DNA of 64,000 nucleotides from an uncultured Acidobacteriota bacterium (lineage in GTDB: Bacteria > Acidobacteriota > Thermoanaerobaculia > UBA5066 > Gp7-AA6), in NCBI GenBank assembly GCA_963764715.1, contig CAVXTP010000013.1, forward strand, positions 32,001 through 96,000. Direction: 5' to 3'. Made by a program: the position numbers and the translations under genes. Every line of letters starts with the position of its first letter. The stretch's first letter is position 1. The notes beneath the pieces were generated by a model. The model saw only the letters and a list, made by a program, of their open reading frames with translations, did not search any database and was not told the DNA's origin. Shown here piece after piece: positions 1 to 8,630 of this stretch.

Positions 1-1
1 G

Positions 2-343
2 GGCTGGGAGGACACGGGGCCGCTGACCGAGCTTCCGCCCCGCTGCCCGCACTGCGGCGGGCTCGCGCGGCCGGGAGTCGTCTGGTTCGGAGAGGCCATC
101 CCGGCCGGGGCCCTGCGCGCCGCCGCGGCGGCCGTCGACTGCGACCTCTTTCTCGCCGTGGGGACCTCGGCGCTCGTCCATCCCGCGGCCGGGCTGATCG
201 GGGAGGCGGCCGCCCGCGGCGCGTTCACCGTCGAGGTGAATCCCGATGCCACTCCCGCATCGGGGCTCGTCGACCTCGTCCTGGCCGGGCCCGCCGAGAC
301 GGTCCTCGACCGCGTCGAGCGGGAGCTCGGGCCGGCCGGATAG
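2..343 (+). CDS. cobB: NAD-dependent protein deacylase, Sir2/CobB family (5' truncated by window edge)
   Basis: Frame open from base 2: PRCPHCGG zinc knuckle, [19 protein letters not shown] and EVNPDAT sirtuin motifs; TAG at 341-343. Confidence 0.9.
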   Translation, partial: GWEDTGPLTELPPRCPHCGGLARPGVVWFGEAIPAGALRAAAAAVDCDLFLAVGTSALVHPAAGLIGEAAARGAFTVEVNPDATPASGLVDLVLAGPAETVLDRVERELGPAG

Positions 344-405
344 GGCCCGCCACCCCGGCCGCCCTTGACGCCCCCGGCGCCGTTTGGGGGTATCCTTGGA
401 GGTCG

Positions 406-1326
406 GTGAAAAAAGTCCTCTGGGTCGTCCTGGCGGTGGGAATCGCTTTGGCCGGGGCGTGGGGGTATGGGGAGCTCGTTCGTCACGAGAACGACACGGG
501 CCAGCCCATCCGCCTGCTCGCGGTCGCCGAGGAACAGAGCCTTTCGCTCTCGTTCTCCCGCAAGGGCCGGCTGACGACACGCGTCCCCGAAGAGGGCGAA
601 GCGATCGCGCGCGGCCAGGAAGTCGCGCGGATCGAGGAGCCCGGCCTGTCCGAGGACGCCTCCGACCTCGAGCGGCAGATCGCCCAGGTCCAGGCCCGCG
701 ACCGGACGCGGCTCCAGGAGATCGAGAAGCTCAAGGCGCAGTTCGCGGCGGTGGCCTCGGACGAGCGGCGCATCGGCCGTCTCGTCAAGGAAGGGGTCTC
801 CCCGACGGCCGGCCTCGAAGCCCTCCAGCACCAGCGCGAGGCGATCGCCGCGGACATCCGGGCGCGCGAGTCGGAGGAGGGACAGCTCGACGCCGAGGAG
901 CAGTCGCTCAAGGTCCGGCTCGAGAAGATCCGCGTCTTCGAGAAGGAAGGCATCCTCGCGTCGCCTTCGGCCGGCACGGTCCTGACGCGGCACCGGCGGA
1001 TGGGCGAGTGGGTCGAGCCGGGCCAGGCGATCGTCACGCTGCAGATCGAGGCGCCCTACCTTCGCGTCGAGGTCCCGGAGGAGCGCCTCTCGAGCTTCAC
1101 CGTCGGCAAGACCGTCACCGTCTGGCCGCAGGCGCGCCCCAACGCGCGCTTCCAGGCGCGCATCGTCTCGATCAAGCCGCGCTCGGAGTACGCGACACGC
1201 AAGAACTGGGGCCTCCAGAGCCGCGACCTCCAGACCTTCTCCGTTCGGCTCCAGCCCCTCGACGCCCCGGTCGTCTCCGGCCAGACCTTCGTCGTGGAAG
1301 CCGGAAGCGAGACGCCGAGGGCGTGA
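406..1326 (+). CDS. HlyD-family periplasmic adaptor (membrane fusion protein)
   Basis: GGAGG SD then GTG; N-terminal hydrophobic anchor, coiled coil, ASPSAGTV and GEWVEPGQAIV lipoyl-like half motifs; precedes ABC genes. Confidence 0.85.
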   Translation: MKKVLWVVLAVGIALAGAWGYGELVRHENDTGQPIRLLAVAEEQSLSLSFSRKGRLTTRVPEEGEAIARGQEVARIEEPGLSEDASDLERQIAQVQARDRTRLQEIEKLKAQFAAVASDERRIGRLVKEGVSPTAGLEALQHQREAIAADIRARESEEGQLDAEEQSLKVRLEKIRVFEKEGILASPSAGTVLTRHRRMGEWVEPGQAIVTLQIEAPYLRVEVPEERLSSFTVGKTVTVWPQARPNARFQARIVSIKPRSEYATRKNWGLQSRDLQTFSVRLQPLDAPVVSGQTFVVEAGSETPRA

Positions 1327-2279
1327 GCTCGACCCCGGCGATCGAGGTCGAGCGACTGACCAAGCGCTTCGGCGAGGCCGTCGCCGACGACGAGGTGTCC
1401 TTCCACGTCTCGCCCGGCGAGATCTTCGGCCTCCTCGGGCCCAACGGCGCCGGCAAGACCACGCTGATCCGGATGCTGACGACGCTGCTGCCGCCGACCT
1501 CGGGCACGGCCCGGATCGAGGGACTCGACATCATCCGGGAGCGCTCGGCCGTCCGCCGGACGATCGGCACGGTCTCGCAGGCCCAGACGACCGACGAGAA
1601 CCTCACGGTCCGGGAGAACCTCGCGGTCCAGGGAAAGATGTACGGCCTCTCGGGCCGGACGCTCTCGGGGCGCATCGAGAAGCGCCTCCACCAGGTCGGG
1701 CTCTGGGAGCGCCGGAACCAGTCCGCCCGCGAGCTCTCGGGCGGCATGCGCCGGCGCCTGGAGATCGCCCGCGGCGTGCTCCACGCCCCGCGCGTCCTCT
1801 TCCTCGACGAGCCGACGACCGGCCTCGATCCGCAGAGCCGGCGCTCCATCTGGGACATGTTCGACGACATGCGCGAGCGCGACCCGGAGCTCGCGATCAT
1901 CCTCACGACGCACGCGATGGAGGAGGCCGACTTCCTCTGCGACCGCGTGGCGATCATGGACCGCGGCAAGGTGCTCTGCGAGGACACTCCCCAGGCCCTC
2001 AAGCACGGCCTCGAGACGGGCGAGCGGATCGAGCTCGCGACCGACCGCGAGATCGCGGCGGCCGAGCGCGAGGCGATGACGGCGGCGGGGGCGGCGCAGC
2101 TGCGCTTCCAGTCCGGCAGCGTCGCGCACTTCTTCGCGCGGCCGGGGGAGGGGACCGGCCGGAAGGTCGCGCGGCTCCTCGAGGATCGCGGCTACCACAT
2201 CGTCCACCTCTCGATCGCCCTCGTCACGCTCGAGGACGTCTTCTTCGCCTACACGGGCCGGGCGCTGCGCGAGGCATGA
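1323..2279 (+). CDS. ABC transporter ATP-binding protein (DrrA-like)
   Basis: GTGA overlap with upstream stop; Walker A GPNGAGKT, signature LSGGMRRR, Walker B LFLDEPT, H-loop TTHAMEEA. Confidence 0.93.
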   Translation: MSSTPAIEVERLTKRFGEAVADDEVSFHVSPGEIFGLLGPNGAGKTTLIRMLTTLLPPTSGTARIEGLDIIRERSAVRRTIGTVSQAQTTDENLTVRENLAVQGKMYGLSGRTLSGRIEKRLHQVGLWERRNQSARELSGGMRRRLEIARGVLHAPRVLFLDEPTTGLDPQSRRSIWDMFDDMRERDPELAIILTTHAMEEADFLCDRVAIMDRGKVLCEDTPQALKHGLETGERIELATDREIAAAEREAMTAAGAAQLRFQSGSVAHFFARPGEGTGRKVARLLEDRGYHIVHLSIALVTLEDVFFAYTGRALREA

Positions 2280-3412
2280 AGCGCGCGCGCAGGGAACGCC
2301 CGCCGGCGCGCGGGCTGCGGCTGGCCCTCCTCGGGATGGCCGCGATCGGCCAGCGCGCCTTCCTGACGCTCTGGCGCCAGCCGGTCCTCGTCGTCTCGAC
2401 GATGGTCTTCCCGATCGTCTACCTGCTCGTCCTCGGCAACGCGATGAATCGCCCGCTCGAGGGCGTCCCGCTCGCCGTCGTCGACGAGGCCGGGAATGCC
2501 TGGTCGGCCGAGTGCCGGCGCGGCGTGCTGGCGCTCCAGTCCGGGCGCCGCCTCGTCGAGGCGACCTTCCTCGGGGACCGCGCCTCGGCGATCGAGGGCC
2601 TGCGGCGCAACCGCTACCGCGGCGTCTGGGTGCTGCCCTTCGGCCTCGCGCCGAACGGGCCCGCGCCCTCCTTCATCGGCGACAACACGGACCGCTTCTC
2701 CTACGACACGCTCCAGTCCGCGCTCGCGCAGATCTGGCAGGAGGTCGCGGCCCCGAAGGACGTGCCGCCGTCGGCGCCGCCGGTCCGGCTCGAGGCCTAT
2801 CCCTACCTCGACTACCTGACCTATCTCGGCCCGGCGGTCGTCTGCCTCGCGATCTTCATGGGGTCCATGGTCTCGGGCGGCCTCCAGGTCCTGGAGGACC
2901 GGATGTTCGGGTACCACGAGGGATACCTCGTCACGCCGATCACGACCGGGACCCTCGTCGCCGGGCACATCCTCGCGGGGGCGATCGTCGCGTCGATCGC
3001 GGGCGGGCTCGTGCTCGCCGGCATTCTCTTCCTGACGCCCCTTCCGCCCGTCGGCGGGCGCAACGTCGCCGCCGCGCTGCTGACGATCTTCCTGACCTCG
3101 CTCGCGATCGCGGCCCTGTGGTTCCTGCTCTTCGCGCGGGCGCGGAGCGCGAGCCTGCTGCGCGGGATGTTCGGCATCATCAACGTGCTGCTCTTCTTTC
3201 CCTCGGGCGCTCTCTACCCGATCGAGTCCTACCCGCCGTGGCTCGCGAAGGTCTCGGCGATCGACCCGCTGACGTACGGCGTGCGCTCGCTCCGCAACCT
3301 GCTCCTGCGCGGCGCCGAGCCCGCCGCCTCCTACGCGGACTGGGTCTTTCTCGCGACGTTCACTCTCGTCGCCGGCGTGCTCACGAAGGTGCTGTTCCGG
3401 CGCGAAGTGTAG
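2276..3412 (+). CDS. ABC-2 type transporter permease
   Basis: ATGA overlap; TM-periplasmic loop-TM layout; FFPSGALYPIESYPPWL and DPLTYGV motifs. Confidence 0.9.
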   Translation: MKRARRERPPARGLRLALLGMAAIGQRAFLTLWRQPVLVVSTMVFPIVYLLVLGNAMNRPLEGVPLAVVDEAGNAWSAECRRGVLALQSGRRLVEATFLGDRASAIEGLRRNRYRGVWVLPFGLAPNGPAPSFIGDNTDRFSYDTLQSALAQIWQEVAAPKDVPPSAPPVRLEAYPYLDYLTYLGPAVVCLAIFMGSMVSGGLQVLEDRMFGYHEGYLVTPITTGTLVAGHILAGAIVASIAGGLVLAGILFLTPLPPVGGRNVAAALLTIFLTSLAIAALWFLLFARARSASLLRGMFGIINVLLFFPSGALYPIESYPPWLAKVSAIDPLTYGVRSLRNLLLRGAEPAASYADWVFLATFTLVAGVLTKVLFRREV

Positions 3413-4694
3413 GGGGGGCCGGACGCGCCCCGGCGGCCGCCGCGAGCGCGAGGCAGAGCAGGGGCGTCAGGAGAAGCCGGGCGGCGGACCACCGGATCCA
3501 GAGCGTGGGGTCGGCCGGCAGCGTCGCGTACATGTAAACCATGAACGCCAGGAACCCGGCGGCGGTCGCGAGGAGAAGGCCGAGGTCCCGGGAGCGCGAT
3601 CCGAGGCCGATCAGGACGGCCACCACGATCCACGGCGCGAAGGCCGCGCCGTAGGCGCCTTCCTGGACGATCGTCCTCAGAATGGCCGGGCCGCTCTCGA
3701 GACGGAGAGCGGCGTGGTCACGGAGCCGGTAGACGTCGAGGAGACCGTGGGCGCGGCCGAAGGCGATCCACGACGCGAGGGCGGCGAGGCAGGGCAGGCC
3801 CAGGACGGCCGCCGCGCGCCAGCGGCGCCCGCCCGGACCGAAGAGGACGAATCCGAGGATCACGATGGCGGCGAAGGGCGTGCCTTCCACCTTCGTGAGC
3901 ACGGCGCCCGTGAGGCCGACGGCGGCCGCCGCGAGGCCCCCGGCGCGGTCGCCAGCGAAGACGATCGCCGAGAGGCTCAGGACCTCGAAGTAGACCAGGA
4001 GCGGATCGGCGTTCCCCGCGGTGAGCGTCTCGACGAAGACGAAGCCGAGGAGAGCGGCGAGGAGGGCCGTGTGCTCCGCGGCCGACCGGCGCCCGAGCGA
4101 CGGGCGGGCGAATCCGTAGAAGGTCAGGAGCGAGAGGCCCAGGAAGAGCGGCATCGAGAGCATCGCGGCGCCCCAGGCGAAGCGGCCGGCCACGAGGGCC
4201 GCCCAGGCGTCGAGCAGCGTGAGCATCGGCGGGTAGTCCGTGTGCATGAGCAGGTGCATCGGGTCGCGCAGGAAGGCGACGTCGATTCCCCGGGCCGCGG
4301 CGAACCGCTCGCCCTTGGCGCCCCAGAAGAGAAGCAGGTCCGAGGACGTCGCCCGCGCCGTCGCGGCGGCGTAGGCCGCGGCGAGCCAGGCGAGCGACGC
4401 GGCGCCGATCGCCGGCCACGGGAGCGGCTCGGCGGCGGGAGCGGCCGGCGGGCGCCGCGCGTTCGGGCGCCACACGACGGCCAGGACGGCGAACGGCGCC
4501 AGCAGCAGCGCAACGGACCAGCGGATCCCGACGACGGAGAGGAGGAACATCTCGGCGCAGAGAAGAAGCGCGCCGAGCGCTCCGGCCGTGCCGATCGTCG
4601 CGGCGGCGTTCGGCATCGCGAGGAAGCGCCGGGCGAGGGGAAGGCCGAGCAGCGGCAGCGCCGCGAGCGCGAGGATGAAGAGCAGGCCGGTCAA
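3381..4694 (-). CDS. Polytopic membrane protein, GT-C fold glycosyltransferase-like
   Basis: TTG start overlaps the upstream TGA (TTGA at 4691-4694); many TM helices; D-LLLFWGAKG, HTDYPP, NAD and TKVEG motifs resemble GT-C-like proteins. Confidence 0.6.
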   Translation of the reverse strand: MTGLLFILALAALPLLGLPLARRFLAMPNAAATIGTAGALGALLLCAEMFLLSVVGIRWSVALLLAPFAVLAVVWRPNARRPPAAPAAEPLPWPAIGAASLAWLAAAYAAATARATSSDLLLFWGAKGERFAAARGIDVAFLRDPMHLLMHTDYPPMLTLLDAWAALVAGRFAWGAAMLSMPLFLGLSLLTFYGFARPSLGRRSAAEHTALLAALLGFVFVETLTAGNADPLLVYFEVLSLSAIVFAGDRAGGLAAAAVGLTGAVLTKVEGTPFAAIVILGFVLFGPGGRRWRAAAVLGLPCLAALASWIAFGRAHGLLDVYRLRDHAALRLESGPAILRTIVQEGAYGAAFAPWIVVAVLIGLGSRSRDLGLLLATAAGFLAFMVYMYATLPADPTLWIRWSAARLLLTPLLCLALAAAAGARPAPPTLRAGTAPS

Positions 4695-5101
4695 GGCCGT
4701 CTCCGGAAGAGCGCTCCGGCGGGGAAGGATTCCGCGAGCTCGAAGCGAGGATCGCGGAAAGGCGTGCCGACGCTGACGACCCAGTCGGGGGCGGGGTCGG
4801 CCGTCGGGGCGAGGGCGTGCGGGCCGAGGACGGTCTGTCCGGGCAGTTGCCCGACGGCGAGGAGGTAGGGCACGAACCCGGCGTCGGCCGGAGAGACCAC
4901 GGCGACCGTCGCTCCCCGCGGAAGGCGCCGCCGAGCGGCTTGCAGGAGGAGGAGGTACGGCTCGGACGCCCGCATCACCGGGACCGCGTGGGAGACGACG
5001 GTGGCGGGCGCGGCGAACGAGAGCGGGCCGCGGGCCAGAACTTCCCGGCCGAGCAGCCCGACGAGAACCGCCCATCCGGCCCACCTCGCCGCCCGGAGCA
5101 T
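4691..5101 (-). CDS. Hypothetical protein with N-terminal membrane anchor
   Basis: Fills the gap between the pilT-like and GT-C-like genes on the same strand; protein-like composition. Confidence 0.6.
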   Translation of the reverse strand: MLRAARWAGWAVLVGLLGREVLARGPLSFAAPATVVSHAVPVMRASEPYLLLLQAARRRLPRGATVAVVSPADAGFVPYLLAVGQLPGQTVLGPHALAPTADPAPDWVVSVGTPFRDPRFELAESFPAGALFRRRP

Positions 5102-5110
5102 CGCGGCGAC

Positions 5111-6268
5111 CTACGCCCCTCGAAGGTAGTTCTCGAATTCCTCGGGATGAGCGGCGCGGGCGCGGGCGTCCTCGAGCTCGACCGCGCCCTCCCGCGCGAG
5201 CCGGGCGAGCGACTCCTCGAGCGTGACCGAGCCGTGTTTCTTCGTGATCGCGATCTCCTGGTGGAGGTGCTGGAGCGCGTTCTTGCGGATGTGCTGGCGC
5301 GCGCCGTAGGAAACGAACAGGACCTCCGCGGCGGCGACGCGGCCGCCGCCCTTCCTGGGCAGCAGCGTCTGCGTGACGACGGCCGCCAGGGCCATCGAGA
5401 GCTCCTGCCGGATCGTGTTCTGACGCTCCGGCGGAAACGAGTCGGCGACGCGCGAGACCGTCGAGGCGGCGTCGGTGGTGTGCACGGTCGAGAAGACGAG
5501 GTGCCCGGTCTCGGCGGCGGCGAGCGCGATGCGCATCGTCTCCGGGTCGCGCATCTCGCCGACGACGAGGATGTCCGGGGCCTGGCGCATCGCGGCGCGC
5601 AGCGCCGTCGGGAAGTCCGGCGCGTCGATCCCGATCTCGACCTGCTCGACCAGGCTCGCGCGGTGCGGGTGCTCGTACTCGATCGGGTCCTCGATGGTCA
5701 CGATGTGGCGGGCGTCGCGTCGGTTGATCTCCTCGACGAGGGCGGCGAGGGTCGTCGTCTTGCCCGAGCCCGTCGGCCCGCCGACGAGGACGAGGCCGCG
5801 CGGCAGGCGGGTCAGCGCCTCGACCCCGGCCGGCAGACCCAGCGACGACAGGCGCGGCGGCTGCGACGGGAGCGCGCGGACCGCCGCCCCGGCGCGGCCC
5901 CGCTCGCGGTGGAGGTTGACGCGGAAACGCCCGAGGCCGCGGACGCGGTGCGAGGCGTCGGCGATCCCCTCCGACCGGTACTTCTCCCGCGCGTGGCGGC
6001 GGAGCGCGGGGAGCACGGCGTCCTCGATCTCGTCGCCGTCGAGCGGCCCGGCGGAAAGCGGCTGGAGTCGGCCGTCGATCCGGACGGTGGGCGGCGCGCC
6101 GGCCACGAGCAGCAGGTCGCTGCCCGCGCGGGCGACGAGCTCCGCCAGCCAGGCGTCGAGCCGGACGGCCGCCTCGGCCGCCGGTTCGGCGTCCTTCGAG
6201 AAGCCCGCCGGGGGACGGTCCTCGTTGAGCTCCCGGATGAGCTCGTTGATGTCCTCGGTGTCGGCCAT
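5111..6268 (-). CDS. PilT/PilU-family type IV pilus ATPase
   Basis: GPTGSGKTTT, TIEDPIE, PDILVVGEMRD and GHLVFSTVHT motifs. Confidence 0.92.
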   Translation of the reverse strand: MADTEDINELIRELNEDRPPAGFSKDAEPAAEAAVRLDAWLAELVARAGSDLLLVAGAPPTVRIDGRLQPLSAGPLDGDEIEDAVLPALRRHAREKYRSEGIADASHRVRGLGRFRVNLHRERGRAGAAVRALPSQPPRLSSLGLPAGVEALTRLPRGLVLVGGPTGSGKTTTLAALVEEINRRDARHIVTIEDPIEYEHPHRASLVEQVEIGIDAPDFPTALRAAMRQAPDILVVGEMRDPETMRIALAAAETGHLVFSTVHTTDAASTVSRVADSFPPERQNTIRQELSMALAAVVTQTLLPRKGGGRVAAAEVLFVSYGARQHIRKNALQHLHQEIAITKKHGSVTLEESLARLAREGAVELEDARARAAHPEEFENYLRGA

Positions 6269-6324
6269 GGATTCCGTTTTCCCTTACGGATGCGGCGGCG
6301 GTTGCGTTGACCGCGAAATGAGGC

Positions 6325-7341
6325 CTAGCCCGCCAGGTGCCAGTCCGTGTGGGGGGCCTTGTTCTCGAAGATCCAGCCGCGGAAGAGTCGGCCGTAGGTC
6401 GTCGGCTTCCAGCCGATCTCGTCGAAGAACGGGCGCAGGGCGAAGTGCAGGCGCCGCAGCTTGTAGAAGGGCACGCCCGGGAAGTAATGGTGCTCGAGGT
6501 GATATGCCGACGACAGGTACCAGAACTCCCAGAAGCGGCTGGGCTTCAGGATCGAGCCCCACTTGGCCGGGTCCGTCGGGTCGATGGCGTAGTGCTGCCC
6601 GAGCCGGTTCAGCGCGAAGGCGATCGGGAACACCAGGAACACCGGGACGAGGTAGACGCGCGCGGCGACGGCGGCGCCGCCCGCGGCCCAGACCGCTGCG
6701 AGGACCGAGAGGTGGAACAGGATGGTCACGGCCCGCTCCCGCACGATCCTCCGCCGCAGCTCCGGCGGATAGGTCGCGGTCTCCTTCGCGGCCGCGCGGA
6801 AGTAGATCGGGAAGAGGGCGGGCGTGAAGTAGAGGAGCTTGAACCAGGGCTTCACGATCTTCGGCGAGAGGTAGTGGCGCTTGGGATCGGCCTCCGCGTC
6901 CCCGAGCTCCGCGTGGTGCGTCAGGTGCCAGCGCGTGAACTGCGAGGCCGAGATTCCGGACGGGATCGCATAAAGAAGCGACAGGGCCCGGTCGCCCTTC
7001 GGGTGCGGGCCGTTGAAGACGGCGTGGTGGAGGGCGTCGTGCAGCAGGACGGTGAAGTTGAAGACCGTCCAGCCCGAGACGAGCGCCGCGGGGATCCAGA
7101 TCCAGGGCTGCGGCCAGGCCCACGCCGCCGCCGAGGCCGCGATCAGCATGGCGAACTGGCGGGCGGCGACGAGGAAGTGCCGCGCCGGGCTCTTGTGGTG
7201 CAGCTCCTTCAGGACGTCGTGGGGGACCGCCCGGTTCAGCCGGTGGCGGAGGTCCTTCGAGGCCTTCGACCAGTAGTGCTCGCCCGGCGCGAGCTCGTCG
7301 GGACGGGGCAGCGTGCCGGGGGGAGTGGGGTTGGCGCTCAT
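6325..7341 (-). CDS. Fatty acid desaturase family protein
   Basis: Three His boxes (HDALHH, HLTHH, HLEHH); GGAGGT SD before ATG at 7341. Confidence 0.88.
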   Translation of the reverse strand: MSANPTPPGTLPRPDELAPGEHYWSKASKDLRHRLNRAVPHDVLKELHHKSPARHFLVAARQFAMLIAASAAAWAWPQPWIWIPAALVSGWTVFNFTVLLHDALHHAVFNGPHPKGDRALSLLYAIPSGISASQFTRWHLTHHAELGDAEADPKRHYLSPKIVKPWFKLLYFTPALFPIYFRAAAKETATYPPELRRRIVRERAVTILFHLSVLAAVWAAGGAAVAARVYLVPVFLVFPIAFALNRLGQHYAIDPTDPAKWGSILKPSRFWEFWYLSSAYHLEHHYFPGVPFYKLRRLHFALRPFFDEIGWKPTTYGRLFRGWIFENKAPHTDWHLAG

Positions 7342-7418
7342 CAGAATGACCTCCGGGGAAACCCGCCGGAGGAGAGCCCTATTCTCACACAGCGGGAAGG
7401 CCGTAATCTCGAGTGTCC

Positions 7419-8573
7419 ATGGCCCGCCGAAAGCCCCGCCGCATCCTCGAGTCGCTGTACCGCGCGGCCCTCGGCGCGGTCGACCCGGAGACGGCGGTGG
7501 AGCGGGCGCTGGCGACGTCGCCCGGGTTGCGGGCCGCGCTCGGGTCGGCGAGGAGAGTCGGCGTCTTCGCCGTCGGAAAGGCGGCCGCGGGAATGGCGCG
7601 CGCCGCGCTGCGCCGGACGCGCGCGGCGGAGGCGCTCGTCGTGCTGCCCGCGGGCCATCCCGCGCGGGGCCTGCCGCGCGGCGTGCTCGCCCGGGCCTCG
7701 CATCCCGAGCCGGATGCGTCGAGCACACGGGCCGCCCGCCGCGCCCTGCGGTTCTTCCGTGGCTTCGGCGCCGGAGACGTCGTCGTGTGTCTCGTCTCCG
7801 GCGGCGCCTCGTCGCTTCTCGCGCTGCCCCGCCCGGGCGTGACGCTCGCCGAGAAGCGGCGCGCCGTCCGGAAGCTCGCGGGCTCGGGCGCGGGCATCGC
7901 CGAGCTCAATCGGCTGCGCACCGCGCTCTCGGCCGTGAAGGGCGGCCGGCTCGGACGCGCGACGAAAGCGCGGCTCGTGACGCTCGTCCTCTCGGACGTT
8001 GCCGGCGACCGCGCGGCCCTCGTCGGGTCGGGACCGACCGTGCGCGGGCGGCGCGGCGACGTCGTGCGCGTCGTCGGCTCGAACCGGCGCGGCCTCGACG
8101 CCGCCGCGGCGGAGGGGCGCCGGCTCGGCTTCGCCGTCGAGCGGGTGAATCGACGGCTGGCCGGCGAGGCGCGGACGGCCGGAGCGCGGCTCGCGCGTCG
8201 CGTGCGCGGCGCAAAGCCCGGAACGCTGCTCGTCGCCGGAGGCGAGACCACCGTCGATCTCTCGGGCGCGCGCCCCGGGGGCCGCGGCGGCCGCTGCCTC
8301 GAGCTCGCGCTCTCGGCGGCCCGGGAGCTCGCGGGCGAGCGATCCGCGCGGCTTCTCGCCGCGGGCTCGGACGGGCGCGACGGGAGCTCCGGCGCCGCCG
8401 GCGCGTTCGCCGACGGGTCGACGCTCGCCCGGGCGAGGCGCCGAGGCCTCGACCCCGGCCGTGCGCTGGCCCGCCACGACACGCGCGCCCTGTTCGCGCG
8501 CCTCGGGGACCTCTTCGAGACCGGGCCGACCGGCACGAACGTCGGGGACTGGGTCTTTTTGATACGCCTCTGA
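7419..8573 (+). CDS. Glycerate 2-kinase/TtuD family (DUF4147 + MOFRL), compact variant
   Basis: GKAA, ASHPEPD, SGGASSL, SAVKGGRL, SDV, GSGPT, GGETTV, GGRC, SDGRDG and TGPTGTNVGD motifs. Confidence 0.85.
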   Translation: MARRKPRRILESLYRAALGAVDPETAVERALATSPGLRAALGSARRVGVFAVGKAAAGMARAALRRTRAAEALVVLPAGHPARGLPRGVLARASHPEPDASSTRAARRALRFFRGFGAGDVVVCLVSGGASSLLALPRPGVTLAEKRRAVRKLAGSGAGIAELNRLRTALSAVKGGRLGRATKARLVTLVLSDVAGDRAALVGSGPTVRGRRGDVVRVVGSNRRGLDAAAAEGRRLGFAVERVNRRLAGEARTAGARLARRVRGAKPGTLLVAGGETTVDLSGARPGGRGGRCLELALSAARELAGERSARLLAAGSDGRDGSSGAAGAFADGSTLARARRRGLDPGRALARHDTRALFARLGDLFETGPTGTNVGDWVFLIRL

Positions 8574-8612
8574 CCGCGCGGCGGCCCCGCGGGCCCGGCG
8601 CGCCGAAACCCC

Positions 8613-8618
8613 TATAAT
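8613..8618 (+). promoter_or_regulatory. Sigma70-type -10 box (TATAAT) for the radical SAM gene
   Basis: Perfect TATAAT in GC-rich DNA, 12 nt before ATG 8631. Confidence 0.6.
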
Positions 8619-8630
8619 TCGCTCTCCCGC

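Noticed and set aside
365-396. TTGACG ... TATCCT as a full sigma70 promoter
   Set aside because: The spacer is 20 nt, too long for a canonical pair; only the -10 box is plausible.
406-3412. The ABC exporter as part of a RiPP or bacteriocin cluster with the radical SAM gene and peptidases
   Set aside because: No precursor peptide, SPASM domain or RRE is seen. The radical SAM belongs to a widespread family and the genes are not contiguous.
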